A DNA stretch of 64,000 bases, filler included, from Circinaria calcarea (Eukaryota), in the NCBI GenBank assembly GCA_051942165.1. It is 22 parts of 22 records of this genome, joined end to end, with 100 filler letters (N's around TTAATTAATTAA, not from the genome) between each part and the next. Parts side by side here need not be neighbours in the genome. Positions count along the whole stretch, not along the records: positions 11,714 to 14,540 come from JAVECS010003227.1; positions 14,641 to 17,465 come from JAVECS010003228.1; positions 17,566 to 20,390 come from JAVECS010003229.1; positions 20,491 to 23,315 come from JAVECS010003230.1; positions 23,416 to 26,240 come from JAVECS010003231.1; 17 more parts are not named here. One strand, given 5' to 3'. Below, in pieces: positions 12,498 to 26,340 of this stretch. The translations under genes and the position numbers were made by a program. How positions within the stretch are numbered: the first letter of the stretch is position 1; every line of letters begins with the position of its first letter. The notes under the pieces are model-generated. The model saw nothing but the letters and a program-made list of their open reading frames with translations, had not been told where the DNA came from and searched no databases.

Positions 12498-13796
12498 ATG
12501 GCGTCACTTCCCTCCGGTGGATGCCCGGACCTTTTACCGGCAGACTTGACATCTCATGCTGGATTGTTGGGATATCTTTCCCGAAACCCCCCTATGCTTG
12601 TTCGGGTGTTACTCGTCTCGGCGGAGGGATCAGCAACTTTACCTATCGCGGACAGCTCGTTCGTCCAGTGACCGAAAGCGAAAAAGACCGTCATTATCAA
12701 GCATACCGAGTCGTATGTTGCAACCGATAGGGCTTTCGTGTTGGACGTGATCCGAAGCGTACGGCACACCGTCCAACCCAGACCTCCAAGGCGATTTGGG
12801 AGAAGCTGAACTTGACTTTCCATAGTTTCTTGAACAGGCGGCCCTTGCCGGACTTGGCCGCTTACCTCCAGCGAAATATGGCGGCGTCCTGGTCACAACC
12901 CCAACCTCGCATCACTTCTATCAAGACAACAGCACACAAATCATCCAGGACTTTTACCCTTCAACGCACCTCAAGAGCTACCTGCTTACATATCCTGTCT
13001 CCGCTCCTCAGGCTCGCGTTCTCGGTGCCGGTCTAGGTTCCTGGGCGAAGAACTTCCATGTGTGGGGCTCCGCACTCGAGCAAGCTGACTTCCGAGCGAC
13101 GATGCAATAGTACTCGATGGCATCTGGTCTGAAATTCATGATTAATTTTGGTCGGCTCGTGTCGACCGTAGACATGTTCCCTGCTATCCTTGAAGAGGCC
13201 CGCGGGAGGTTTGAGCTGATTGAAGCTGAGATGAAGGAGCGTAGCGCCAGTCAGGATGTTGCCAGGCTTGGTGTTATCCATGGGGATTTCTGGTCGGGAA
13301 AGTATGAGATGCATTTGAGTCCTTCTGCTGTGTATGACATGCAAGTCCCTTTGCTAAAGTATGCTACCCACCAGTATACTCCTCTGCGATGCTCCTCTCT
13401 GCGATGCAGCCTTTACAGTCTCGGACCCAGTCCGCCTACTCATTGTTGACTGGGAACTATCTCATCTCGCAACTCCAAGCCAAGACCTCGGCCAATGCTT
13501 TGCGGAGTTGGTACCTACCAAGCCATTTCCGAGGGGTCGATGCTGGCCTCTATATGATCGAAGCCTTTCTGGAAGCATATGGGAAGATGGCAGACGAAGA
13601 AGCCTACGAGGTGGCACTGCGCTTCGGCGTGCACCTAGTCGTGTGGCCGTGCAGAAGCGGGGAGAATGATCGATGGGGAACCAAGGAGCAGCTGGTCGGG
13701 TGTGTGGAGGTTGGAAGGGATTTCGTGAGGAACGCCTGGGAGAAAAACAGGGAGTGGTTCCGGGGAGGGGTACTTGAGAAGCTGTTTATCTCCTGA
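12498..13796 (+). pseudogene. APH/choline-kinase-like phosphotransferase gene with frameshifts and a premature stop
   Basis: Motifs LGGGISNFTYRG, TVIIKH, VIHGDFWSG, IVDWEL and DLGQCFAEL fall in different frames. Indels near 12580-12592, 12681-12685 and 13510; in-frame TAG at 13108-13110. Confidence 0.7.
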
Positions 13797-15467
13797 TCAG
13801 GTAGCTAGCCTCTTTACGTGAGACCTTGGAAGCAGCCTCTCCTTACCGTTCGTCCCCATTAAGCGGGATTGGGCTACTGTAAACCCTTTCGAAAGGTACT
13901 CCGTAGAGCCTCGTGTCCAAAATGTACAAAAAGCGTCAGACTTGCACGTCTTGATAGTCAGCACCGTGACTTCCTCAGAGGGATATCCGCGTTAGGTAGG
14001 AATGCTGTATCAGAACATTCGGAATAGAAAAAGGTAGCTGGTATTCGATCTCATCCACCCACTCGGCCCTGTGGGATATCTAAACCGCCGCCGGCCGCCA
14101 AGCCTACGTACTGTGGTATGATGAAGCGAACGGGATGGCACCTTCCCCCCGACCCTCCGCCTGCCAGGGCTGAGTGGCAAAACAAATGGTACTTTTAGAC
14201 CGAGTCTTGGCTCTAAAGCATATGATAATGGCCTAGCGCAGGAAGGGGAGGATTTCTGGTACTTCGTAGTGCCGAGCTCTTATCCGCCCGGCCAATCAGA
14301 TCTACTCTGGGACTTGGCTAAAATGCCAGAAAGGTCCGAGCTGCAATACGCAAACCGACAACGTTTAATTACCTATCCCTTAAGCTGTTGCTCTGGCGGA
14401 ACGAACCGTGCTACCCTAGCTTCTGGTCTTGGATCCAAGGAACGCACGGCTCAGTTCGGGATACTTAGCTTTATTGTTTGATGCAGGGTCTTGGACAGCC
14501 CTACCTACCACATCCTTCTGATGTCAAGTACAAGTAATGTNNNNNNNNNNNNNNNNNNNNNNNNNNNNNNNNNNNNNNNNNNNNTTAATTAATTAANNNN
14601 NNNNNNNNNNNNNNNNNNNNNNNNNNNNNNNNNNNNNNNNCAACTTCCGTCTGGTGATAATGCAATATCACGAATTGGTAGTGTACATCTCGTAAGCATC
14701 TTGTCATACTCGTTCGTATCCAGCGAATACATGCAAACGGTGCCATCCTCGGATCCAGTGATGAAAAACTCATTCTATATCCCAGTTAGCGGGTACGCCT
14801 TGCCTCAAACAACACAACAATCCATACAGAAGCAGCAAGTGCAGTATTATTTTCCTGGCAGTCATCAATATTAGTCGGTTCCCCATCTGAACCGGTCGTG
14901 TAAACTCGGATCGCATTATTTGAGCCAGCTGTGATGAGCTTTCTGCCGTTTGGAGTGTAGGTGAGAAAGGTAGGACCCGACGGATCTAGGATGAGTCAAT
15001 TAACAGCAGAAGACCATGAACGAACAATAAACAATGACTTACGAGCTGGGCGGCCCCGAAGCCTTTGCGTCGTCACCGTTGCCATGTTGAGAAATCCTGA
15101 AGTTGGTGGTTACGATTGCGCTGTGGTGTTTGGAACGAGGTGGAGAGGCGACGCGAATTACGCGTAAATTGGACAATGTACACGCGAATCCCTGCAACCT
15201 TAGTAAACCCTAAATTGGTTTTCCTGTTGCTTAACTCGTATCCCATGGACAACCAAAATGTACGCATGAATCAATTGATAGTGATTTCTACTTGAACTCT
15301 AGTCTTGCTGAATTCTATGATAGGCTCGAATCCAATACTTAATAGCCAACCGCATCTGCTAATCATACGTCATGTACTTGCACAAGAGTATCCTGCAGCC
15401 GGCAGAGACACTCAGCAAGGCCCCAGAGTCTCCCCCTTCCTCTCCTTGTCGCGTACAGCGCGTATCT

Positions 15468-17465
15468 TTACCAACTCCATTCCTCAACAGTCCCTCCAAC
15501 CCCTATCAACAATCCCTTACCCGCTAACCCCATACCACCCAGAACTCCATCATCACCAACGAACGTCAAGCTCTTGATCATCTCATCCCATTTCTTATCT
15601 TTTCCCCAACCAGGGCTGATCTCCTTGCCTGTCCATAGCTGAAACATCTTCACTTGATTATCCTCGGTCGCGGCGGCAATGAGGCCATGAGACAATGATA
15701 CATCGAAGCCAATAGCGATTCGTGAGGTATTACTATGACCGGAATACGAGAGGTAGGGAATTGTGTGCTTGAGCAACTCCCCGTCTAGCCTGGGAGGGTT
15801 CGGGAATCGAAGGTCGTACATATGTAACTGCCGATATCTAAAGTCAATACCTGTTTCAACGTATAGTAAACGCAAAGGACATCCACGAACGTTATTCTGC
15901 AATCCCGCAGCAACAACTCTGAACTCATCCACCTTTCTCAAATGCGTCACGGCGCTTGGATGCTTCAGCCTCTGAACTTTGCCACCACTTCGTCGATCAT
16001 ATAACCAGACGACTCCATTCCTGCAACCAGCGGCGAGAAGGCTCGGCGATTGCCAGCTTACAGCAAATACATGGCTCTTAGTCTCATAATAATCTTCTAG
16101 CCAGTCATGGTATCCCGTTTGGGATTCCCTAAGAAACAGGACCCCGCTCTCGGTAGCAGTAGCGACCATGGTACTGCTTGACGCGTCAGGATTGGCGCAG
16201 GAATCGAAAATTGAGGCAATGGGATCGGAGTTTGGGCGTAGTCGCAGTGTTACCCCTGGCAGTGAAGTCAACAATGACTGTTATCAAGGAAAGAAGAGAT
16301 TCTGAAATACCGGTATCAAGTACAGGCCAAGTCTCCCCGGAGTGAAAGGTATCAGGGCTAAGTAGTTTAGTCATGTTAATGGTGCCGCCGCTGTTCGGCC
16401 CTCCTAAAGTCGTAGATCTAATAGGTAGAGTTAGAAAGTGTCACAGAATTCGTGGCTGCTGGGCGTACATTAACATGCGTGCTGGAGTCATACAAAGCGA
16501 GGTAACCTGGAGGGATGGCTTCAGCCAGATCTGATCATCATAAATCAAATGGGTATTCACACTTCGGAATAACCATCGTAAGTTACTAGTCTCTTGGCAT
16601 CCTCTGAATAACTAGGCCGTCCGTCACTAGAATGTCCAGGCGCCCATGACCTAGCCGGCAGATTGTAAGCAATCACTCCACATAAAATGAGCAGCTCTAA
16701 AATAGCATAAAGGAGCACGGAACTCACAATACACTATTCCCCCTCGTATGATTCGTAGCCGTACTCCCAACTATCACACTCCCGGTAGCCTCATCCTTCA
16801 GAACAGCAGTCACGCGCTGTTGGAACATCGCATATGTCTCGGGAGTATGCCACGGAGTTCGAGGGCCCGTACATGGATAGAAGTCCAAAGATCTGACAAA
16901 GCTCAAGCCATGTGCCCAGGCAGAGTTGATAGCATCGATTCTGGAGCTTCCGGGCAATCCGCCAGTTTCTCCGGATAGGGCTATGGAGGAGACGTGCGGA
17001 TTCTGGAGGATACGTGCCCGTTTGATTCGGGCTTGCAAGTGACGCCGCTTCTTGATTTCGGCTTCTTTTCGCTTCTGGATGTAAGCTGTGGGATCAGCAG
17101 CTGGTTCCATACTTGAAATCTTCGTGGGATTGCGGCTAGACAGAGTACAGTATTCTTCCTCAGATAGAGCAGATTCAAATCAAAATTAAACAAGCTCTTT
17201 CAAAACATCTGATACAAGAATGACTCAAATCCACTGGAGATAAAAGCATGACCATTGATTCACAAACCCACACGGGGTATCCCCGTGATCCCGCATGCTA
17301 GGAAACAATCATACGCTTGATATCACCATATTCTCGAAAAAAAAACCCCGCATAACTTACCTCTCCACTCTCCCTCTCCCTCCCCACCCCCTCCCTCGAG
17401 TACTTAAACCCCCTCGGCGCGGCATGATTCGGCAAAATCTTAAAATATTTCTTCCTCTCCTCGTC
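15468..17465 (-). CDS. WD40 protein of DCAF4/WDR21 type (5' truncated, multi-exon)
   Basis: N-terminal DEERKKYFKILPNH motif. WD-like repeats LAAGCRNGVVWLYDRR, LHMYDLRFP and IAAATEDNQVKMFQLWTG. Stop at 15468. Confidence 0.75.
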
Positions 17466-17611
17466 NNNNNNNNNNNNNNNNNNNNNNNNNNNNNNNNNNN
17501 NNNNNNNNNTTAATTAATTAANNNNNNNNNNNNNNNNNNNNNNNNNNNNNNNNNNNNNNNNNNNNAGACATGCGACGCCAAAATCATGGAGCTAGTAGGT
17601 GAGAGGCTTAC

Positions 17612-17676
17612 GGGCCTGAAGGGGTGACTGGTTCTGAGGGAGGAGGAGGTAGGTTGATCAACGTGGGAGTCGACAT
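17612..17676 (-). CDS. First exon of a hypothetical protein (MSTPTLINLPPPPSEPVTPSG...)
   Basis: CAAAATG start context, then a GTAAGC donor at 17611. The rest is lost at the contig end. Confidence 0.5.
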
Positions 17677-19101
17677 TTTGGGGTCGTTCGAACGAGCAGT
17701 ACTCGATTATTGCTAAAATAGGGTACTAAGAATTTGAGGGTATTGGTGCTTCGAGGTACCGGTTACGGATTTCAAGGTGAGCTTGGTGAGATAGATGCTG
17801 CTGTAAGAAGGAGAAGGAGAAGCTGTCGAGGGGCTATCAGGTCGTATAATCAGGAAGAAAGAGTAGAGTCAATAGATGCAAGGGAGGACAATCAATGAGT
17901 GGGATGGTTGATGTCCGTGCCCGTGCTTCAAACACCCTACAGGCTGGCGTGGGGAAGCTCCTTGGGGGGGGGGTTCTTTACCGAATGACGTCTTAGTGCA
18001 GCTCTCGAAACACTGGGGCCTGACGCGGCAAGGGTCCAGCTGAGATCGGTAGTCGCTTGATTAGGGCTACATCCACAGACTATCGAGGCAAGTTGTTAGA
18101 TGTGCAAAAGGACGGATTCTGATTGCGTATCTAACTTGGCTCTTGAATGTAGAGCCAGAGCTCATACTGACAAAAATGCATTTGCCCTGATGTGCGATTT
18201 CTCTTCCAACTCTACATTTCTATTCATACATATCAAAGTCCTTCAGCCCGGGAACGATTTGGTGAACAAATCTTCCCTGGATGGATAATTGGTTTCGAAG
18301 TGACCTCGATATGCTAGAATATAGATCCTCTAGCAATAGTGGCGATGCGAACGTACTGGCTATCCGTAAGGGCCTCATAGGGCGCATAATAATTGTGGTT
18401 AGGAGTTTGTCTAATTACTTACGCTCCCACTTGTAGTTTTTATATAAAACTTGGCGGCAGTCCCTTGTCATATGTCGATGGATTGATGATGCATGGTTTG
18501 TGTCTGCAGTAGTAAGATAATAAATGAGATACAGCCCTCTTGCGCGTAAGGGTGCTAGGGGTGCACGACCCATAGGGCTGGATTGGCCTACCATCCCGCG
18601 ACAGTTTCCCATATATAAAGTAGCCACCACTACAAAGGCTTCGACCGCTTCTCCCAAATTACAGGCGCATCTTCCGGACCTATTTTTATCGATCCGGCCC
18701 GTTCCTGAGAAGGGATAGCCAATTGAATGCGGCTCGCAACCCGTATATGCAGGGTTTATCACCTCCCAAGCGAACACGAGATAAATTAATGCGGGGATGC
18801 AGATCGCTTTTCTCCTGTGGCTCCTTGGGAAGTCCATAGGTAGAAGTATCTTTCCAGCCTAAGCTCCACTAGAGAACTCAACGCCGTGAGCCTGCCGATG
18901 ATGATAGGCTACACGGGCCGCATGCAGAGAGCATTGGCTACTGGAGAGCAACGAACGGTGAATATGAGAGAAAGCGTTGCCGAATATTGACCGTTCCGCA
19001 GGCTAACTGAATCCAGAGGTACGAGTATTTAACAATCTTACCGTTCCCAACTGCTCTTCTCTTTAGATGCAATATCTTACCTGCTGTTCACCGTATTGAC
19101 C

Positions 19102-20390
19102 ATGGTATCGGCAGTGCTCCCCTACCTGCTTCTGGCCCTTCTCCTCCGTTACTCTTCCGCCTCTGTGTCTACTACAACAACAGAGCTCTGCAGTACCAAG
19201 TATGGCGCCACTTCCCTTTCGCCCGTTCCCAGCTCTACCAGCACGAAAAGCACGACTTCTGGAGTGACAATCCGGTCAAATAGCACTCCAGTTGTGACTG
19301 TCACACCGTCCCCCTCGACCACCAGCGTTACGGTGACTAGTACGTCAACTGTGACGAAGGCCTCTACTACTGGTACGTTGGCGGCCATTGCGCTCATCTT
19401 TCACATGGCAGATGAGCTTATATTTGTACAGGTACAATTACAGACACTGCCACCAGCTATGTGTCTGTCACATCCACTGGTGAGAAACCCTTGCCCCTTC
19501 CTTCACTATGGTAGCATGTCAGGCTACAAACCATCTACATGCTATTCAACAAGGCCCTAGAGAAGAATACATAATTGGGAAAGACCTGACATGGGGCTAA
19601 CACATCGCCATAATAGTCACGACGGTTTTAACTGTCTTTTCTACAAATGTTGTCACCATTACGGCACCAGCGTCGACCACCACCATTCCAACGCCTCCTG
19701 GATTCACGTATCCCAGTCCTATCTCGAATTCAACCGCTGCAACGAGAAATCGAGCTGCAACTCGCCCCGACATCGCTGCTGTTAACAGAAATGCCAACGT
19801 CAACAGGTTGCAGAAAGCTCAACTAGATGTTACACAAGGCAGCATGGTACAAAGCCCGGCTCAGTATCCAACTTCCGTCGTCTGCACCGAAACCATCAAG
19901 GTATTCTCAACCACTACCAGTATTAAGACTGAAAAGCCCACGACAACGACGGCCCCGGCACCAACGGTTACATTGACATCGACAGTTACTAGCAATTCGA
20001 CAACTTCAATTTACCAGACATTTACCTATACCACTATTACCATAACGCCCACCGTAGTATACCAGAGCGTCATCTCTACCACTACTACCAAGCTGTAAGT
20101 ACACTCCTCCTGAGAAGCCCACAGACTCTCTCAATTCCCGCCAGCGAACTAACAACTCCGTCGATAGAACATCCGAGACGGCCACCCTGATACCCCCCAT
20201 AGCAACCGTCTACGCAGCTTGTTCTCCTCAAAACCTACTCACTCCACCGGCAGGCTTCTACTTCGCCAGCCAAAGCTATAATCCACCCTCTTTCCAGGAT
20301 ACCGTCGGAATCCCCCATAACACCAGCTACGATTGCTGCGTCGCCTGCATCACAGATCCTTACTGCAAGGCCTCTGAGTTTTTCTCCGTG
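19102..20390 (+). CDS. Secreted Ser/Thr-rich cell-surface protein with a C-terminal Cys module (multi-exon, 3' truncated)
   Basis: Signal peptide MVSAVLPYLLLALLLRYSSA, Thr-rich tracts and several GT-AG introns. The last exon reads TVYAACSPQN...SYDCCVACITDPYC. Confidence 0.7.
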
Positions 20391-21992
20391 NNNNNNNNNN
20401 NNNNNNNNNNNNNNNNNNNNNNNNNNNNNNNNNNTTAATTAATTAANNNNNNNNNNNNNNNNNNNNNNNNNNNNNNNNNNNNNNNNNNNNGGATCGCCCT
20501 GGGATGGAACAGACGAAAAAAGGGGAGAAGGGGGCGGAAGGGAAGGGGAAGGGGTAAGAAAAATGGAGAGGTAGAGGAAAAGAGCTAGGAGTGGAGAATG
20601 GAGAAAAAAGGGAGAAAGTTAACCGTAAAAAAAAAAGCCAACGGGGCTGAAAATTAACAAAAGGTATTTTTAATGTCCGAGGTTACTGGTGGCCAAAGGT
20701 AGGTTTTTTATTGCATCAGCACGACGCATATCCCCTGGCCAAAACCCTCTTCATTCCCAGCATACAGAACATTCCTGATTCAATTTATCCCAACCGATTA
20801 GAGAGAGGAAGAACCCACCACCGCCATCTCCGCCTTTCCTCCCAGCACTGTCTAAACCCTCGAAGCACCGAAACCTCCACCCATCCCTCATCCCTCGTTC
20901 CTCCCACTGTATCCTATCCTACCCACAAACCACGAGGAGGACCCCTTTCCCCCCTCCCAAAAAAACCCGGCTCCCTGCCAAGTCCTTTTCCGGGGCACCC
21001 AAGTAGTGACAAAATCCCAGACATAACCTCGCGGGTTGCGCAGTACGGAAAAGAAATTACAAATCTATAATTTGCCCCCTCTCTTTGAGTTTTCGAAAAT
21101 TCGGAGTTGGCGCCTCCTTCTGAAATATTTGTAGATGGATGGAGGAGCCAGTTGAGTCAGTTGGCCAAAGATACTGGAGAGGGGGGATGCCGTCAGTAGG
21201 TAAGTGAGATGGCTGTCGCGGAGAGGCACCATCGCTGAAGGAGTCAGAGTACCGCTATCGCTATCGCAGCACCACTATCTACGCAGGCTATTAGCGCACA
21301 ACCAACACGACAGAGACCTCGCGACAATGTGCCCTACGAACAGTGACTCTTGCCGATAGTAGCATCGCGATAGCAGACTTGGCCCTATAATCTTAGGTCC
21401 AGGGCCCTAAAAGCAGCAGAGTTTGTGCTTCCGGCTAGTAAGCACGCTTTGGTTAATATGTGTTGCTCCGAGGTAACCCCCTGACACAAGAGGGTCGGTC
21501 GTGAAGTTTGCAACTTTCAAACTCAAGGGAGGATGAAAGTTGTATTTTCCGTTACTAGTGCGCATACAAACTGGATGGAAGTTGCAAATTAAGAAAGAAT
21601 GGAAATCGCACACCCGAGGAAAAGCGAAACCCTTCATTCCAAGAAACGCCCAAGATTTGCATATGCCATACAACACGACTTGGCGAAGAAGATAGATTCC
21701 TGCCTTGTGGGTATAATCTCGAAAAACATTTGACCGTCGCTTGCTTACTTGCTGTCAATGGTATTTTGAATCCCCAACCAAATGTGCTTTTCCTTGTGTA
21801 TGTATCCTTCCCGTCGATCCCAACGATACTTATTAGCTTGTTTCCCTGGTGATCCTCCAAATTCCCATACAAACACCATTAGTATTCCGCTCAAATCCCG
21901 AAGTGAGAAACGAAACCTGTTCCGAACACCAGTCATCCCTCGGTGAAGTCGTTTTGCACGACGAAAACACGACGGCTCTTCGACGAGTACAA

Positions 21993-23315
21993 TCATATCC
22001 AATCATCTACAACAGGCGAATTCTCAACAGATGATCGCCTCGACTCCCCTTCTCCGATATATAAGATCTCATCCTCCCTGGCTTCCACCCCGAGCGCCTC
22101 CAACAAGACTTGGCCCTCCCTCCTCTCCAAATCTGGTCTTGCCCATGTAAACACATCTTGATCGGCACCGGCTATCTTTTCCATCGGAACACTGACTACC
22201 CAAGCTCTCATATAAGGCCCATTATCGAGAACGGCATTTGCCAGGTCCTCAATCCGCCCCACAATGGCTTTCGTCTGATCCCTTGCACTGGCCCAGAGAA
22301 TCGATAACCCTCTAAATATGTCAAGGCCGTTATTCATAATACGGAGAACTTTCGGAAAGGAAGCTTCGGTCGAACTTGCGGCACCGAGAATCTCAATGGC
22401 CATCAAGATGGCATGGCCCGGGAAAGGCGTGGAAAATATAGATTCCCAATTCTTATTCTTTGGATGATGTGAATGCTGTGTTGCCGTTAACGTTGCGCGA
22501 GAATGACGGATGACTCTCCAAAGCTCCTCCATAAGTGATAGCAATCGCTCGGCATGAGAAACGGCCTCGTGAATTTTACGGGTTATGCCATCATGGGGAA
22601 GCTCGGCATGGCAGACATGACGGTTCAGCATCATTAAACTGGTGTGGTATAGCGAATGTATGCTTATAAAAGTCCCCACGTACCCTCCCTTGAGGCTATC
22701 GGCAATGTTCACAGGCTTCGACAGAAAACAAGTAGGGATGCTGGAATGCCACGATGCGAGCCGAGCATAGATGGAGCGATGGAAATCTTCATAGCCCACA
22801 ATGTAGGTCTCACGAGGCCATTGCTCTGATCGATACATATATGCCGATACGTCGCCCCAGATAAAAATTATCTGCACGAGATGTGCCATGATCCCAAGGA
22901 TGGTTCATCTAATACTTGGCAGATAAGCCGATCGCGTATGTCACTGTCAGAGTATGAGGTTGTAGTTTTCTCCTGGTTCTCGTCCATCTCTTCGCTACAT
23001 GGTAAGCAAGCAAAGGTATTCTCTTTCCTGAAGATGGTAAAATGCCCAGTGCAAATGCAATACCCGTTATATCGCTAGAAATAGTCAGCGATACATCCAG
23101 TGCACCGATTCAAAAGAGACTTACATCCATTATGAATGCGGACCAGTAGGTTCTGCGATGACATTCTGCCAGACCGTGTTTGTTCAGACCATAGTCGAGT
23201 GGCTCCTTCTCGCCTAGACCTATGATACCTCTTTCGAGATTGAGCCAAAGACCGAAGCAGCTCTGAACGCTGATCCGCCAAGTCCCATGCTATTGCGGAG
23301 TTTCCTTGTACAAAG
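21993..23315 (-). CDS. Fungal-specific transcription factor domain protein (Zn2Cys6-associated middle region), 5' truncated
   Basis: DYGLNKHGLAECHRRTYWSAFIMD then intron, MAHLVQIIFIWGDV, FISIHSLYH. A continuous reading needs three single-base corrections in short homopolymers (about 22894, 23252, 23280). Confidence 0.75.
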
Positions 23316-23821
23316 NNNNNNNNNNNNNNNNNNNNNNNNNNNNNNNNNNNNNNNNNNNNTTAATTAATTAANNNNNNNNNNNNNNNNNNNNNNNNNNNNN
23401 NNNNNNNNNNNNNNNGGCGGAGAAGGAGAGAGAATAGGGTGCGGATGAGGGGTAATCGTGTGGGGGGTGGCATTGTGGGTTTGAGAGTTGGAGGGCCGTT
23501 GGTGATGGGAGCTGTTGAGAAGAGGGTAATGGAATATTTTTATTGGTTGTAGCAAAAAGTTGATATAGGACTAAGCTGCTTTCGGCTGTTTGCGCCGGCT
23601 TTATATTTCAAGTCTTTCTACATTATTATGCTGCAATAGACTACCTTCCGACCTGCTATGAAAAAAATGTACGTCTAAACCCCGGAATAACTCAATGTAA
23701 CTTAATTACAAATCCATTTACTGTCTATATATGCCCTAATCTAGTTCTATCTAAACCATTCATGAACTCATGCCATCATTTCTTCGCCAGAGGATACTAA
23801 TTCAGCGAAGCAACTCAATGT

Positions 23822-24964
23822 CTACTTTGTAGTTGTCTCCTCCTTACCTTCGTGTTTGAATTCCTCTACTCCTTCAGCTGCTACCTTCTTAATATTTGTC
23901 TTGCCCTCGCTATGTAATCTGGTCAGCAAACCAGTACAGAAAAACGAACGAAAACAAGGGGATCTTAAAATTATGCAATGATGTGCTCTAATAAGTCTTA
24001 GCTTGGAAAACTTACAAAATGTCCCTTGTCGTTGCCAAAATGGACCTCCAGTCCTCGAAAATGGTGAACGGAATGCCTTGGCGTTCGCAGTACGTAACCA
24101 AATCTATTCATTATGAGCGAGTCGCTTACCAGAGGAACATTATGATAGTATAAAGAACGTCATACTTACCGCGGCCCTTCTTTGCAAACAAAAGATCTGT
24201 CTCCCGAGCAGCAGATAAGTCTGATACACCATCTCCAGCGTAGAACATGGTCGGACGAGGTTCGTTGGGCCGATCTGCGAAATGCTTCGCATATGGTCGT
24301 ATCGCAAGCGACTTGTCGTGTCCAAACCCGCTTTCATCGTGAAACTGAATCGTCCAGCCGCCCTCTTGTTCTTTGCTTTTGCCCGGGCGGTCGACGACCT
24401 CATTACTAACTATTTCAATCTCGTTTGCCTCGGGTCCCACGAGCTGAAGGAGGAGGGCCCGGATGATAGGCGTCATGCCTGATGAAAGGACTATAACAGG
24501 TACACCATTGTCCCTCGCCCAGTAGTAGAAGTCCTTGAAGTATGGATCTAGCGTAATGTTGTCGCATAGATACTTGACGCATTCAGGAAATGGAGTTTTG
24601 ATGCTATCTAGCATCTCCTGGAACGTTTCTCTTGGCTGTGTCAGTGAAGAGTTTCAACATGATCTCTTGGGCTCCCGGACCTAAAGGTAGCCTTCTCCTC
24701 CAAGCAATCTTTGTTCAACTGTTTACGGCGCGCCTGACCGAAGCCAAGATTATCGGTCTATGATAGTTCTTAGTAGCTGCTGCAAAAGTGAGACGGTGGG
24801 GAACGGACAAGATAGTCATTGCCTGGGATTGCCCATTAGTCCAAGGCTTCTAATTTACATAGGAAATGGGTGGCTGACCTACTATCTTGTAGAGTAATAG
24901 TACCGTCGAAGTCGGTGAAGAAGATGCATTTTGGATTCCCCTTGAGGGCCGAAGGATAGGGCAT
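23822..24964 (-). CDS. HAD-superfamily phosphatase (YNL010W/MtnX-like), multi-exon
   Basis: FFTDFDGTIT (motif I), VIVLSSGM (II), GHDKS (III), YAGDGVSD (IV). 14-nt micro-exon at 24809-24822. Confidence 0.9.
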
Positions 24965-25252
24965 GGTAGGGGAATGGCACACGTAAGTCGAGTATAATTA
25001 ATGGAGCAACGTGTGTAAGTGCAGTAACTCCTTGCACCAATTGCTTTGCCCTGTACCGTAATATCAATTGAGTCTTATTTCACTATTGAAAACGCAAGCG
25101 CAGGAAAGGATGATGTCACAGCTGTTGAGGAAATCTCTCCGTTGCGAAAATGTACCTGACGATCTTCTCCCTGTGGTGCGGTTGTGGATCCAATGGGCGA
25201 ACCGATGCCCGCGAAACTTCCCTCCCTCCGCAATGGAATTCACTGACGAGCA

Positions 25253-26240
25253 ATGAAACCTTTGTTGCGACATGCATCGAAGAGTTCTGTTCAACACTTG
25301 TCTCTTTCAGCAGCATTGTACCCTGCACCAAAACCAGTTTTAACACGCCAAGTTGACAATCCATGGGTGTGCCAGCAATGTCGGCATCAAAGCCGGTCCC
25401 TGTGGTCCCTGGGACGAGCTTCAACTCCATATCAGAAATGGGTGCATGATGGACAGAAACGTACTGCTCGAACTGGGGGAGCACAAACAAAGTATTACAC
25501 CCATCGTTACTTTTCATCATCGAGTCAAGACTGCTCTTTATCAGGAGATGTCAGCAGTGTATCGAAAACTCCCCGCACGGAGCTACCGTCACAAGAGGAA
25601 GGGCGAAGGTCACACGCCTCGAAACGTTTCACACATCTTATGGACCATCTCCAGTCCAATATCTTCATTGCCGGTCAAAGGTTGAATGATCTTACCGGGT
25701 ATTCCGGCATTGAAGCCCTGAAAAAGGATATTGAGGAGCAAGGTAAGATTTTATACTCATCTTCGACTCGGTCTTCTAATCACACATGCAGAGGAGCTTG
25801 TGCGTACAACCCGCTCGGATGTCCAGAAAGCCAAAGAGGCCTATACCTCGGCCATAGCTCAACGCTCTGCCTCCCAACGCGAAGTCAATGAGCTCCTCCA
25901 GCGTAAACATGCTTGGTCCGGTCAAGATCTTGAACGCTTCACATCTCTATACCGCTCCGATCATGCAAACGAACAAGCCGAAGCTGCGACTCAAGAAGCT
26001 CTGACTACTGCAGAACGCAAAGCGGAAGAAGCTACAGCTAAGCTAGGTGCGAGTATCCTCGCGCGATACCACGAGGAGCAAATATGGAGCGACAAGATAC
26101 GGAGGATGAGTACTTGGGGTACTTGGGGTCTGATGGGGGTTAATGTCTTGCTATTTCTGGTCTTCCAGATTGGGGTTGAGCCTTGGAGAAGGAAGAGGTT
26201 GGTTAAGGGGTTCGAAGAGAAGGTCATGGAAGCTCTAGAA
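25253..26240 (+). CDS. SHE9: Mitochondrial inner-membrane protein She9/Mdm33 (3' truncated)
   Basis: [77 protein letters not shown]. Intron about 25743-25790. Confidence 0.95.
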
Positions 26241-26340
26241 NNNNNNNNNNNNNNNNNNNNNNNNNNNNNNNNNNNNNNNNNNNNTTAATTAATTAANNNN
26301 NNNNNNNNNNNNNNNNNNNNNNNNNNNNNNNNNNNNNNNN

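Noticed and set aside
18898..19010. Box C/D snoRNA candidate (ATGATGA...CTGA); similar pairs at 14118-14173 and 57386-57439
   Set aside because: No convincing terminal stem and only a 9-nt possible rRNA complement; the other two are too short. It would need a snoscan/Infernal hit.
21251..21379. Short imperfect inverted repeat (GCTATCGC..ACTATC / GATAGT..GCGATAGC) as a MITE
   Set aside because: Only about 14 of 20 positions pair and no target duplication is visible.
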